From Catajapyx aquilonaris (Eukaryota): a stretch of DNA of 20,000 nucleotides. Each line of letters begins with the position of its first letter. The stretch's first letter is position 1. The translations under genes were made by a program, and so were the position numbers. The notes under the pieces were generated by a model. The model saw only the letters and a list, made by a program, of their open reading frames with translations. It did not search any database and was not told the origin of the DNA. Below are positions 1 through 12,696 of the stretch, in pieces. The DNA is taken from the NCBI GenBank assembly GCA_000934665.2, contig KZ538522.1, positions 44,146 to 64,145 on the forward strand. The letters are read 5' to 3'.

Positions 1-840
1 AATCCGCCGACAGTCCATGACGAATGAGTTTCCTTCCCACTGATCAAGGAGGCGGGGTCAAGGGTCAGCCCCAAACTCCAGCCAAGAGCCTGGTATATTT
101 TTCCGGGATACATCCTGCTTCTTTTTCTTCCTTTTCCTCAGGGGTAGCCTAATGAATAGCGCCTGGCGCCAGGCTCCTTCCGAGGTGCAGATAATGAGGT
201 CTCCCGTTCCATCAGGGATCAAAGAAACGCCATCGTTCTGCCACTGATTAGTAATTCAGATCAGTGGAGGAGGAGATAGAGGCTCCACGTCACTTACCAT
301 CAAAGGCAGCAGGAACGGATGACGAGGGATTGATTTGAGGGGAAGAAGAAGAGCTTTTCCCTTTCCACCCCCTAGGCCTCTTCACCACCAATCTCACTCG
401 CCATGCCTTTCAACACTCCCAAACCAATATTCTCCGGGCTCAATCAATCCAATTGCATAATTTCCACCATATACACAGCCTCCCTAAAATGACCGGGGAT
501 CCGAGAGAGCAAACATGGGGCACAGAGAGGGCAAAAGACAAAGAAGGGATGGTCCAACTTCCCTTCCCGCATGATCCAGAACCGAATTGCAACCGAGTTT
601 CCCAACCGCGGAATTACCGAGTTCCAATACGGAGTACGGTTCCCCATGGACCTGCAACCCAACTTGCCTCTCCTGTTTACCCGCCAGGCAAACCCACCCC
701 ACCCCTTCTCATAAGTTGGATCTCACACATGACCTCCTCTCGACAAGAGGATCCGCTTTCCGATAACTCTTCAGGTCCTGGGGATAGGGGACGCCATCCG
801 CCAACAGAACAGACCTTGGACTCGCCGTAGGAAAAGCATC
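1..840 (-). mobile_element. Unclassified degenerate coding/TE-like fragment, running off the window start
   Basis: Composition differs from the flanking pseudogenes (purine/pyrimidine blocks). The minus strand gives stop-interrupted protein-like text (GLQVHGEPYSV...; KSSSSSPQINPSSSVPAAFDGK*...). No array-family motifs. Weak resemblance to a fungal LINE ORF1 'LxVHGxP' motif, but no zinc knuckle was seen. Confidence 0.2.
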
Positions 841-844
841 AAAA

Positions 845-1221
845 ATCATACTGTATGAGGGCGCACCCTAGAATATTATTCGGCACAGATATTTCTTTTG
901 GGCACAACTATGTTGGAGAGAGGCCAATTTGGTTGTAAAAATTTCAATTGTAGCATACCTGCAAGTAATGAATGAAACGGCTCTCCCTTTGTTGCAGAGT
1001 CAAACAGCATTCCTACTAAAAAACATGGAACCAGCATCTAAGGTGGAAAATTCCGTGGGCGTAAAAAACCAACTAGGAGAATTTCCTGGTACTTTTAAAA
1101 CTTTACGATTTTCTCTCTCCATCCCTCCCTGGTCTTTGTTCCCTCACCTCCTTCTTATGCCAAAGTGGTACAAGGAGACGGGACCTCGTCGGGAAGATTC
1201 CAAGGCGTTCCTGGCTTCCAT
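845..1221 (-). pseudogene. Possible N-terminal fragment of an array-family paralogue (copy 0)
   Basis: ATG at 1221 gives MEARNALESSRRGPVSLYHFGIRRR*GNKD, followed later by ...FSRNAV*LCNKGRAVSFITC. Spacing and hydrophobic pattern loosely match the family N-terminus. It lies about 300 nt downstream of the copy 1 stop. Confidence 0.25.
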
Positions 1222-1523
1222 GTTTACAACCCCATTACTCTTTTCTCGTCAGTGATAATGGCTCTCATATGCAAGCTCCCGTCTGCACGCTTCTGCCTGA
1301 TGAATTTGACTTCCCAACAGCTATACACTCCACCCTATATACAGAAAATCACGACTTGAAATCCACCCCTCCCCCCAAAAAATGGACCCCCACATCCAAT
1401 ATGTAGATAGTAAAATGTGATTGGAGTTTTTTTTCTGGGTGTTTGCTTATTCTCGGCGCGTAATTTGCAAATGTGAGCACGTACATCAGAGTAAAACTGA
1501 TAGTACATGTAATGTATACCTTT

Positions 1524-4120
1524 TCATCCCAAAATGATGAGTAATTGGACGTGCTGATTCATACAAAGAGTCGTCCTCCATTCCGCATCAAAATCATGTC
1601 TGATGGGAGAGAGTGCGGTGGTCGTCTCCAAACAACATATTTACGGATTAATGTGCCTCAAATTACTTCGGACATTTGGGCCACAAAACGGGGTTTCAAA
1701 AGTTCCAAGTGGGATTGAATTTGTTGGCGGATCTCGAACTGAAAAAATGCTGGCGTTTTGATGGGTTAGGTTTTCCACATTTCAAAATAATCACGGACCA
1801 ATGATGAGGTATTATTTTTGATAATTAGTACAATGGGATGAAAGCAATGCATATATACAGTTTATACCACTGCGAATGAATGCAAAAGGCAAATAATGAT
1901 CCTAATTAATCGGGAGTTCCAATGTTGACAGTGTTTTCGCATAAAAAAGGTACATAGTACTCATATAATCCACTGGCCCGATATAGGGTTCCCCCAGATT
2001 AATTTGCCTACGAGTCAATATCCCTCTGGATGTTATTTCCAACTACACAGCACAAAATCATACCTATCGCACAATATAGTAGCCCTCAGCAGCACTTTTA
2101 CATGTAAGAGCATGTACTAAATTTATGATAATTTATGAACCCAATCTGCATGCTTCCAGCCATGGCCGATACCCTTGATGAAAGATTGGTTGCCAATTAG
2201 ATTATTTTTTTACCCCGGACAGGAACATAGGCTATACCTTGCGAATGCAATGGACATTTCCAATGTTGGGGAAAAAATCCACAGAAACCTCCACCTCCGC
2301 AACTGCATGCTTTGATAAAGCGCCGTAGTTGCTGTGAAGCGACTATGATGCGATATAGCCTGTCGCTTCCGCTGATAATCTCTCCTGTGCCAACAGTAGC
2401 CGGATACACAATGTTGTGTGAACTTCACATCAGACGAGGTAAAAAGGCCCCGTCAAAGAATATCCGCCAAACAGGGTTTGTCCCTACAATCGATGCCCGA
2501 AAAAAAAAATTTGGCAGTCCACTTTCACTGTATAGTGTATGTACTTTTTATATCCCTTCTTTTTCGGGGGTAAAATATAAACCCTCGGTGCAGTGTGTGT
2601 GTGTGCGCAACGGGGTAGTTTGAGCCAGTATAACTCTCTCCCTTGGCATCCGTTCGTCAGTTGACGACACTGCTGGGCTTGATTTCGAGCCTATCTCTCG
2701 GGGATGAGAACTACGAGTGCATCGAACTCGACGCTATAATGAAAAAAAAGCCCGGCTCGAAATTAATTGGCTTGGTTAATTGCCCCATGTTGAAGTAGGC
2801 TCCATCAGGGTCATTTGCACACAAAAATGCAGTTAAATGAAATTAAATTTAATGTACCCCCCATGGGCTAAATTTCACAAATATGTAATATACAAACAGC
2901 TTGGCAAAGGCTTTCATAGCCTCGACTGCAAGCATTTTCGCGCAATAAACAACGTTATTAGCCTTGAAGAATATGGTTTCCCTCCCATTTTGAGTCCGGG
3001 ATTTGAGAAAAAAAAGCTTTTGCCCTGAGAATCCGTAAGAGCTGAAGTGACGAGGCCGTAAATAGGGTATGAAGCAGAGTGCAGCAGTTCAACGTCCGAT
3101 GCTGCGTAGTGTTATAATCGATACCTCCGTTGACAGGGAAATGTAAAGCAAGACCCTGAGCTTGCTGCGTCCCGTGCCCTGCGCGCCCTATAAGCAAAAG
3201 TAATTTCCACGCTTTTCTCATGAATACGTTTTTAATGACTTCATTTCCATAGCCACGGCCGAATATTAGCAACCTTGGCCTCGCACTGATCGCCTACGCG
3301 TTATTAACTTACAGCTACACGTGTTGCCCGCACTTTTTAATCCTCTCATCCTACATCAATTGCATCCATTAATTAAAAAGTGAACCACAGGATGATCCCT
3401 CACCGCTCTAGATTTATTGCGGCTATTCACTTTTCCAACGGCATTCCGGCTATAATTCCATCGCTTCATTGTATGGAAAACTACAGTTCTGCATATGGCC
3501 AAGCAGGACCAGTCTGAAAGGACAAAACAACAACCGGAAAAAAAAAATCGTAACGCGAGGCATGACTTGCTAGAAATTTAATTACAAGAAGACAAACTAT
3601 GCCACCACTGAGGTGGTCGAATACTGGCCATAAAATTAATGTCACATTTCTTGCTCAGTTCTCGTAAACAATGTTGGTCGGAATTCACAGAAGAGGGCGC
3701 CTGAAGTAATTACAGGGCAACTTCCGACATACACCTGACACTGTTTTGTGTAACTGAAGGTCAGTTCTCTCTCAAAAATTACTTTCGTTTCTTGTGTATC
3801 CCACGATATGGAGCTGTCAACACACATTGCTCAGAGTCATACAGTGGAATTCTCTATAGCCAACCTGCGCTTACAACAAAAGAAGGTCAAATAAGCACAC
3901 GTACGCCATGGATCTATTTTAACCCCTGCCAGCATCGACCAGCAAAAGGTTTGTAAAAATATTATTGTCAGATTTTTGCGGCCGACCCAGCTTCCGAGAA
4001 GCCTTTCTCATTTGGACCTATCGGCACCTCATAAATATCTCTTCCGGCTTCGGCCATATTTTTCTGAGGGCCGTCTGCAAGAGAGACGCACTACCATTCC
4101 GCCCAATATAAACTTCATGA
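1524..4120 (-). pseudogene. Array-family paralogue, copy 1 (near full length, many stops and frameshifts)
   Basis: N-term GGMVVRLS/LQTALRK/MAEAGRDIYEV (~4105-4030). PYNEAM (~3476-3459) matches PFNDGM of copy 8. KPLPSCLYITYL*NLA (~2914-2867) matches QSIPSALRQWKYSELA of copy 8. PLHSQGIAYVPV...II*LATNLSSRVSAMAGSMQ (~2255-2145). SGGTLYRASG (~1998-1969). Ends ...HVQLLIILG* with the stop at 1526-1524. Confidence 0.6.
2593..2605. repeat. Short (GT)6 microsatellite inside copy 1
   Basis: gtgtgtgtgtgtg read directly. Confidence 0.8.
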
Positions 4121-4199
4121 ATAACAAAATACCCTACGGCGTTATCGATTGAGCAGCCCCGCACGCCGAATTAAACCCACCCAACCCCACACATCCTAT

Positions 4200-4700
4200 C
4201 GGATCGGTTGAGGGCTAGCTACGTGAGACCAGAAGAGGCAAAAACGATGGGTGGCACGAGAGGGTTGACATTGACCGCGGGGCAAAAAGTTGGAAAATTG
4301 GACCTCTCTTTTTTTTATTCCAGGTCCACGATCCGCATCCCGAACCGATCTCTCCTGGGAATAATTATCCGGGGGCACGATCCTAGTCTGCATATTTGGA
4401 TGGGATTTCAGCCAGTACCAGGCTGAACACCGGTTTTTGGTTGCAGTCGACTCCATAGGTGGGTGTCAAATTGGTGGGGAGGATGGACCTCTCTTTTCCC
4501 CCTCTCAGCGCAGTCTGTCTCCGATTTGGGTGCCGTTGACATCCCTCAATATGAGCTCGGATCCCTCATAAAACCAAGTCCCTCACTCCCAAAGTCCGGA
4601 GGATTTCGGACCCGGACGAGGGGAGAGGGAAAAAAAGGGGGAGGATTTCACCTCATCCCAACAGACCATGAACAAGGAGCATAGAGCGCAAGAAACGGTA
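4200..4700 (-). mobile_element. Possible relic of a LINE (non-LTR) APE-type endonuclease region
   Basis: The minus strand gives, in order and across frames, ELILRDVNG (cf. ++GDFN), NLTPTYG...KPVFSLVLA (cf. PT...S.+DL.+) and IGSG (cf. GSDH). Every catalytic position is degenerate. Confidence 0.3.
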
Positions 4701-4769
4701 TAACAATGACAATTTCTTGCGCTCAGACAGCTTGTGCCACTTTTTAGGAGGCTGGACAGCTGTGCGGCT

Positions 4770-5990
4770 TAAGTGGATGAAAATGTAATTAAAAATGGAC
4801 CTTGCCAGATGTTACATAATTTAGAATTTTTAGCACATCACAATCACCTCTCCATAATACCTTGACTTGAGAAAAGTGTCGTGATTAAAGTGGACATACC
4901 CCACCTATTGGGCACATACAGGGACTTACAATACAGTCAAATTCTCCACCTATAAGTAGAAAAACGTGCAGTGCCACGTGAGGCAAAATAAATCCGTGAA
5001 GTACAGTATGAGGAAACAGAAAGATGCATGTTGAAGTTCCCTATAGGGCGAATTACAGAACACTAAATACCTCCAGGACGTGAGTTGGCAAAGTAAACAG
5101 CTTCCAAAGTCCGACACACACAAAAATGAAAATCAGTTTCCAGTGCAAATAATAAACCGTTCGCCGGTCTAATACCACTCAGGATTTTATATAGAAAATC
5201 CTTCGCGAGTTTCATCCCAGATAATGGAGTTATACAGTACAGCTCCTATAGGAAGCACACTGTAAGACCAATGCTCGTTTCCCGACGTGAGCTATAGGAA
5301 AATGGACCCGGGGTTGTCACCCCTCCAGACACACAAGTATACAGTATATACACCCCGGCACACAAAATGGCCAGTGGGCCAACACATCCATCAGATGCGA
5401 GTCGACGTGTAACAGCTTGATCAAACAAGGGGTCACACACCAAACGCTGAAGATAATGGAATTGGCTGTGCCTTACGGCTCCCGATATTGCTCCGGTCAT
5501 TTATCACTAAAAAGGGGGGCTTAGCTAGATAAGAGTTAAGGCCTCTCTCTCCTGACTATATGCTGCCCCATGAATGAATGGTAGCCTGCCTCCTATTCTT
5601 CGTCGTAATTGAAAGCAATGGACCCTTCCAGTCAATCACCGTGGGAAACAGTACGCTATTGGGCACTCCTTTTTTTGCAAAATACTTGCGACCTACTTAG
5701 CAGATTATAAAAGATTATCCACTCTTCGAAACTGTGTCCGTTTATCGTACATCCCTCGTTTCCTCTCATGTGAGACCGGTCCGTGTTTGCAATATTTATG
5801 GTAGTGCACACACAGAAAAAGCTCAAGGGTGAATGTAATACCCTCCGGTTGAAATCTGGGATTAGCAGCCACGGACACCATGTTAGCTCATTGATCAGCT
5901 TTGCAATAAGCCGAACTCGCCATGCACAAGATGGAAACGCATTTGATGGATTTTTTTTTTGCTAAAAAAAGAGCTGAAAATCCTCACTGC
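4770..5990 (-). pseudogene. Array-family paralogue, copy 2, C-terminal half
   Basis: PFIHGAAYSQEREALTLI*LSPPF***MTGAISGAVRHSQFHY (~5582-5455) aligns with PLHSQGIAYVPVRGKKII*LATNLSSRVSAMAGSMQIGFINY of copy 1. NPGSIFL*LTSG (~5315-5280) aligns with SPGSIIMSR (copy 6) and NGAIFVSRTAG (copy 4). C-terminal VLWRGDCDVLKIL...KVHF is near 4860-4790. Confidence 0.55.
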
Positions 5991-6029
5991 ATACATAAGC
6001 TGACCAACCAGATTTTTGAGCCAGGAAAT

Positions 6030-7110
6030 GAAAAATTCAGTCTCCTACAGGATGGAAGGAACAAATAATGAGAAACGTAGCTGAAGCGGGAGATGATGAT
6101 GATCACGATGGTATAGGGATGGAGGATCCCGGAGGGAAAATTACTTTCCCTACAGATGAGCCCCGGATGATCCTCCATCTGGAGGCCTGGTTGTCTGCTT
6201 GGTTCCCCCGACAGATTGTAGACGACACAAGATGGATGGACACAGAGGCTCTCATTCGATTTTCTTTAGTCTCGCGCCTTTCCTCCAATGTCCTCCCCTC
6301 CCCTTAACAATGCTATAGTTTTAGTTTGCTGCATGGCTTGCAGGCTCAATCTCGGGACGGATTAGTTGATGGTGTAGCCCATAAGGGACAGCCATAAAGG
6401 AGAAGCGATCTTCCTCCCCAACCCCCATCCAAGCAGCCTTTTTCTTCAGCAGACGGAGGTGTGGATGTCAAAATAAGAACGGGGAGAAGCAAGATCGATT
6501 TTCTCATCTTTTTCTAAATGACGGTAATCCATTTCGAGGGCAAGACGGGCTCTGTCACAAAATTTTCTCCTCCGTTCGCACTTCAAGGAGCGTCCCCCCC
6601 CCCCCCTCAAAAAAACAGGACTAAGGTGGGACAACTCCCATAAATAAATACTGGCTGCAATTCGTGTACTGCGCATGAAGTAGAAACACAAGATGACCGA
6701 GTCAAGACTTCCTCTCTTGTAAGTCTAACGTGAAGAAACAGTCCATAACTCAAGAGCCAGGTTCAGAGCTATTCGGGAGCACACACACACAAAAAAAAGT
6801 CAGATGGTGGTGAAATATTTTCCTCCGACTTCTTTTCCTGGTGTGGAAGAAAAGAATGGGGTGGAGTCCCGTTGGAGCAGCGAAGAGTGAGAAGAGTCCT
6901 GAATGACGAACATACCACTTTAAAGGGACAAAAGCACGGAAGGTAACAAATCAGACGCAGGAAGGGACACACCTTTCGTGCCCCCCCCCTAGGAAAAACA
7001 TGGGCATTTCTGGGGAAGAAAATGGACAGGTTAAGCGCTTCTGCTGTTTCTCACCTTCTAATGAATGCTACGGAAGGCGAGATGGGAACAAAAGGGGAAC
7101 AACCGCTCAA
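6030..7110. mobile_element. About 1.1 kb unclassified insertion separating the two halves of copy 2
   Basis: GA-rich on the plus strand with poly-C runs (~6594-6606, ~6981-6989). No family motifs. Family-like sequence resumes on both sides in the expected N-to-C order. No convincing TSD or terminal repeats were found. Confidence 0.3.
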
Positions 7111-7960
7111 CAGAAATTATACAAACGCTCCAATTTAGCCAGGTGAAAGGCAGGAGCATGACCGAGCAGGACTATTGTGCGCAGTACCTGCCATCTCAGA
7201 TTAACTAAAAATAGTCGTGGCTGTCTTGATAGTAAGCTTCTAATAAATTAATGTCACGGTCCTATCACTCTGAAAGGACTTTTGCGTGTGAGAAACCTCA
7301 AATCTGCAGTATTATACGATGGGAATTGTTCGATTATAATATCCGATGATGCAGCGATCACATATAAAATGGAAATTGCACAGTATTCATCTCCTTAAAA
7401 ATGGTAAAAGGTCTGTAATATACCTCTGGGTATAGTATCTTGCAAGCCTCCGAAGGAAAATACCAGCCGCATAATATTATTTGTGCATTCAGTCACATTT
7501 AACTTCTGGCTGGCCTCCCCACAAGACATAAACTACTTCTGATAACTCACATTACATACACTCAGCAGAAGGAAGTATCAATCATCATAATTTGGACGTT
7601 TCTACCCTATATATAACTCCCAGGAAAATAAAGCCATTGTCCAAACTTTCCACCAATCAAAATGCACGTGATATCCAACTTTTTTCGATCAAAATCATCA
7701 CTTTTTTTTACCTCCCCGGTAATTACTTCTCCACCAGTAAAAACCCGGAAAAATTGACACCCTCCACTTTCATGTCATGTAACCAAGCCATGTATACAGC
7801 AAGACGTGCAAGTCCCGCGTTTTGTCAAATTATGCGCTCATCCTCCGTGATGTGTGCTAATTGTCATTAATAATCAAAAAGCATCCCATAAAATATGTAT
7901 GAAACAATATTACACATAGGATGATACGGGCCGGAAAAAATTACCATTGCTGGCGGTTAA
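7110..7960 (-). pseudogene. Array-family paralogue, central portion (probably the 5' part of copy 2)
   Basis: One frame reads QLAHITEDERII*QNAGLARLAVYMAWLHDMKVEGV...YYAAGIFLRRLARYY...ARSCSCLSP with scattered stops. The first segment matches the central motif seen in copy 3 (ALANWLPVYMTRSIEIV) and copy 4 (VVQYGANELGSFSIFLC). Confidence 0.45.
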
Positions 7961-7980
7961 GCATGCAGAATGCGCGTGGG

Positions 7981-8310
7981 GTTCATAAACCCTCCCGAAC
8001 CGCGGACAGCTCATTGATCTGGATCCCCCCAAAAAATGGGTGGGTATAGAGTAGGTTATATTCTAGTGTAGAGACTAGAGAGAGGGGTTTATATATCCAA
8101 TCCGAATCGGGTCGCCGATAACTTACTCCCTGACACCGCTTCCTCCGGGCTCATTTGTTCCCGCCCCTTTTCATAACTCCCAATCTTTGTTTACTCTCCC
8201 TGGGGCTTATGACTTGAAAACCCGATCCAATGCTCGGGGTCTATATAGGGGTTCGGCATTCCCTAAGCCATAAGAACATTCCTCCGGTTCCAACTCCCCC
8301 TAAAACCGCG
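7981..8310. mobile_element. LTR-like or other non-coding insertion at the junction of two paralogues
   Basis: Imperfect inverted termini gttcataaaccc (7981-7992) and ggggcttatgac (8202-8213) recall TGTCATAA...TTATGACA LTR ends. TATATA boxes at ~8090 and ~8242. No TSD. Confidence 0.3.
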
Positions 8311-9230
8311 CCCACACAATCTCTATCGACCTCGTCATATATACTGGCAGCCAATTTGCAAGGGCCTCTCGCGGGACAAGTGAAAAAACTATATATTTTT
8401 TTCTATCCCTCATTACCTGCAATCGGATTTCGCTTTCCCTTGTTGACTTCGGAAAGCACAGTAAATCAAAAAATGTTGGGGAAAGAAATGCTGCTACCGA
8501 TACCCCAAAAACCGATAGTGAATTTTTTTTTAATGGATAATAAATATATTTCGATATGACGCATTTTGCCTGATTATGTGAATGGCCAGCCTCTGAGTTA
8601 TGTGACGCAATAGGCCAAGTGGATAATGGTAGTAACAATTACCATCACTGCATGCACCCAGCAGATGTTGTCAAGTTTCCCACCCTCTTCTCAAATGGCC
8701 CACCCACTTAAACAACACTGTAAAAAATAGTACGTGTTTGCCACCCTCACTTATTTTGATTCGAAAATTACCTCCCTGAATTACCCCCAAACAATTCCAG
8801 AAAAAATTCCAGGTGCTGTAAAAAAAACCAAGACAAAAAGACTGACTTTTCATTCTCCCTGCCCACAAAAGTACAAGTTTCCAAAGGCAGTTGTAGGTCA
8901 CGTCTAAAAACGGTAGCATAATTGCGTGGGAGCCATGTGATCGGGTTGCACAGGCGGATCTACCCCGGATCATCCCTCTTACGGGACAGACTCCATTAGC
9001 ACGATTCTCGTGACCCGTGTCACGGTAATTTGGGAAGCTCCCCCGGTATAAAAACGGCCCAAGGAGATTCCAGTTCCAGGCCCACCTTTTCACTTTCCCA
9101 CGTTTATGCCCAGTGCTTCAAACTGCAATACCGCCTAGCAAAACTGCCAATTTTGGAACGGATAAAAGTCACATGCCTGACCTACCCTTCTGCAGACTAT
9201 ACGATATATTAGCTTGTATGGTAACATTTT
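8310..9230 (-). pseudogene. Array-family paralogue, copy 3 (N-terminal third, truncated)
   Basis: NVTIQANIS...SVPKLAVLLGGIAV/FEALGINV (~9228-9100) resembles MELALQAGMNELVVSLGALTLEEMAELDG of copy 7. IKISEGGKHVLFF (~8760-8722). LQVMRDRKKYIVFSLVPREALANWLPVYMTRSIEIVW (~8422-8312) is the central motif. Confidence 0.45.
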
Positions 9231-9686
9231 GGCTTTTCAAACTGGTATTATGGACGTTTGGTTTTAAAACAATTGTGTACACGTGTCGTCGATGCATAAA
9301 TATCACATACAGGTTGTTTATACTGGTCCGGCTAATAGTTTGCGCCACACCAGGCGTTTAGTTCAAAAAGTAAATATTCATACACAAAACATTTCATCAT
9401 GCCCTGCAGTTTGGGTTGCGTCATTTTAGGTGGGTTGGTACCAAGGTCGGTGTGAGGGTCAATTACCGTGGTGTATGACTTACGTCATGCTCCTGAGCAT
9501 GGCTTGTACACAGGAATATAATATTTATTCGCGTTAACTATACCAAACGTGTCAGTGAATGGAATTTTTCATCCACTTGTGTCGTTAAATAAGTGTGCAT
9601 GCTTCACATGCATAACTGAAGCATTGGTTCGCAAAACTGGATAATAAGTGTGCTTGAACATATGCCAATATTTACATCAAAGGTAA

Positions 9687-12600
9687 TTAAATGCAAAAAT
9701 AATGATGTTAAAATTGTGCACGCGTAACAACGCGATTAAATTTAATGAACGACGAGAAAAGAATGCTGGCTCTCCAGTGCTGCATAATATAAATCACTGG
9801 CTTTTCATCATGAGCTGTTAAAGTTGCAGTTTAAGTCCATCCAGCAGTGTAACATATGCGCATCGAAATTAAGCTGTAACGCAATTTCATCTAAAGGTTG
9901 ACTTAGTACATCTTGCAATTCAAAGTCCATCAAATTTGTAATTAATCACTCACGAAAAACTTTCCTTGTTATGTACGGGTCCTGAAACCCAGACTATAGT
10001 CAGTGCACGTAAATTGCATTAAATTTTACGCTTGGCTGGCGTCCGCCTCATTGCGAAAGTGACTTCGATTTTGCGTTTTGGCACTTCCAAGGCGCAAACT
10101 TCAGGTTAGGTGAGTATAATCTACACTTTAAAAAGGCCTCATGACAGAGGCAGGTAATGACGTCAAGGCATTTTCCAGAGCGGTTTCCCCCACCTCCAAC
10201 CAATCAGCGATAATTCAATATAATTCGTCTTGATTACCAGTAATGGAAAAGTTGAGCCCAAAGGAGCAAGCCAGCCGTTCACTTAACTATGACGCCAACA
10301 CCCAAGAAACAATTTCAGGTCCCCATTAGGGGCCAACAATAATAGGCTTCCGCTGCACCTTGAAGTAACAGATATCACGGCATTGCCCCAAAGTACTGTA
10401 TGTGGTCGGATGGCATTCGATGGCGCAAGGACATTTTTGTAATTTATCCGCTTGCTCTACACAAGCCGGTTGTCCCACTGCTATTTTGGGGGTCCTATTT
10501 CCGAATTAAAAATAGGGTTGATTCAATTTTAGACGTTGTGTCGGGCATGCTCGCAGCGTCATCCGCAATCGTGTTGCGGAATACTAAACCAGCAGTCCGG
10601 CTCACAAATATTGCCCCGTTCACATAATGAGAGCGTTGTGCAAAATAAACACACCGAGCAATATATGCAAGCTTTGAGTTGGCGATTTTTGTTACAGTTC
10701 ACTGTTCAAACAATTACACCCCTGGCAATATCATGGATAGTCGTACCATATGAAACTACTAATGTGTAAGAGGTAAGATGTCAACCGGCATAGTTTTTTT
10801 TTTAAAGCGGCCTGAAATGCAAGGCCACTTTTGGCACAAAGTAATACTGTATATGCAGGAATATGATATTAAGCTTCCCCAACAAAAAAATGCTCATTTC
10901 GTCTCTCGCCACATATGCAGTTCTGAATCTCAATTTCAAACCCAAGCGACTGATATTCCATATCACCACTAAGCTCCTCATACTCCAGCAAGAGCAATTC
11001 AACAAGATCCCTTCCGGGGGGATAAAAACCGTAACAGAGAGAGTGCTGACCTCATGAAAAGCACTTTTTTCAAATTCGCTTTTTCCCCCCAACAAGCCTT
11101 GAAAGTGTCGCATTAGGAAAGAAAAGTTCGGCGCTCGCTTCCAAGTGCTACACAGTAAATGGGTGACTCCTTGGCAAGTCTCGACGGAATTAATATTAAT
11201 GCGCTTCCCCCTATATGATTCATAGTACTTCCCCTGCATGCACAAAAAGGAATGCAATGGATATAAAATTTGTTTTCTGCATATATCTCGAAGTCTCTCA
11301 AAAAAAGCGAAAAGAAACCCGCCGGATTCCCTGGGACTCAAATTCCTCTCTTTTCAAGCCCGTTTCATTCTCCAAACCACAATAGAAAGTTTCACACTCA
11401 AAGCGAAACAGAATGCGGAATTTTGGGACTACTTTGAATATCTAAAAATAAGGTTTGAATTATACGTATACACTTTTGCTATTGGGATTCACTCGAAGCT
11501 TCATGCTGGTAGAGTGCAAAAAAACACACAAATCGATTCCGACCTTTGATCCGATCTCAGGCAGCCATTTCCTCCCCATGACCTATCCTATATAGCTCAC
11601 TGTAAATATACGTGGTGGCAAAAATTTGGTGTGCTACAAATTTCAGTACGGGTCTATCGTAATAGCTGGGCCGATTACAGCCTTTTTCTGGCTTAGTCCT
11701 TATGGTCCGTCTCGTGCATCACGCGAGACAGGTTACGAGTCCTGGCCTCCCCAAGATCACAAACAGCTTCCATTCACGTAAAGTTATTCCACTCCATCGA
11801 AACCGGGAAACGAGCATTTGTGCCTCGTTGATTTCCTGGAAAAAGGAGTCGAGGGACTTTAATACTTCTCCACATCCATAACGATTGGATCTCGCGTCGT
11901 TAGACCCATTTCTGCACAACACAAAAAAATAGAGAAGCTACCGAGTTCATTAGCACCGTATTGTACGACACCGACACACACTGGGGGACAACGACCTTCG
12001 TATCAGTGCATTTCTCCTTTCTTATCTAATGGACGACTAATTTGTTGCCCTCGATCCGACAAGAAAGTAAACAAGTTGCACAGTGTATTCCACGCTCTCA
12101 GAATAGGACATGGCATGAATGCACGCGACATGTGACCTGCTCAGTTCATGACCCTGCATCAACACCCATATTTTCTGAGAAAAAATGTAAAACCCGCAGC
12201 TCAGGTCGATTCGGTGTAAAAAGCGCGCTCCCAGCATCCTTAATGTCAGAACGATGATGCTCTAGCTGGTATATCCAGAGCCTTTTATCGAAGCGACTCG
12301 AGCATAACCTGAGGTAATAATCGGTTGTCTTCACACATCCTTTCCATCCCAGCCAGGAAGAGACTCACATCGAGTCGGCCTCGTATGGTGTTTTCTGACA
12401 TATAAAACGCCCTCACTTGCTAACCGCTTCGTGAAAGGATGTGGACAGCTGATTTTACACCGCAGATTAGCTCAAGGCGTTCAAAACATCTGTGTCATCG
12501 CTGCGATAAAATACAGGAATGTTCAAATGCAAGGAAAACTTGACTAGCAGTTTATGATGCAATCGGGCCCGTATTATTTCAAGTTGATAAAATATTTATT

Positions 12601-12696
12601 TTGAAAACAGCGTTTTCCGCTGCGTTCATTTTTCTTCATTACGCTCGAGCCAAATCCTTACTCGGGGAATGTTTGCCTTTATGATGCAGCATCCAT
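9687..12696 (-). pseudogene. Array-family paralogue, copy 4 (full span of about 3.0 kb, many stops and frameshifts)
   Basis: ATG at 12696 gives MDAAS*/ANIPE..GFGSSVMKK/MNAA. PVFYRSDDTDVLNALS*SAV*NQL (~12518-12447) matches PLF*YPYYDITSGLSHSAVQKKF of copy 7. Further blocks: VVQYGANELGSF (~11970-11935); MEYQSLGFEIEIQ...HFFVGEA (~10961-10870); KSGLAFQ (10832-10812); ANSKL...NGAIFVSRTAGL (~10683-10585). The 3' end catcattatttttgcatttaa parallels caccatttttttgcattgtag of copy 6. Confidence 0.65.

Noticed and set aside
9830..9900. FDAHMLHCW resembling fungal DUF6589/KDZ-associated proteins
   Set aside because: None of the downstream hallmarks (GDxGR, KYAxE, DxxxEH) follows. The segment is the C-terminal part of copy 4.
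10802..11341. 179 aa minus-strand ORF as a stand-alone gene
   Set aside because: It lies inside copy 4. The motifs shared with other copies (MEYQSLGFEIEI, VGEA, SGLAFQ) are in a different frame over much of its length.
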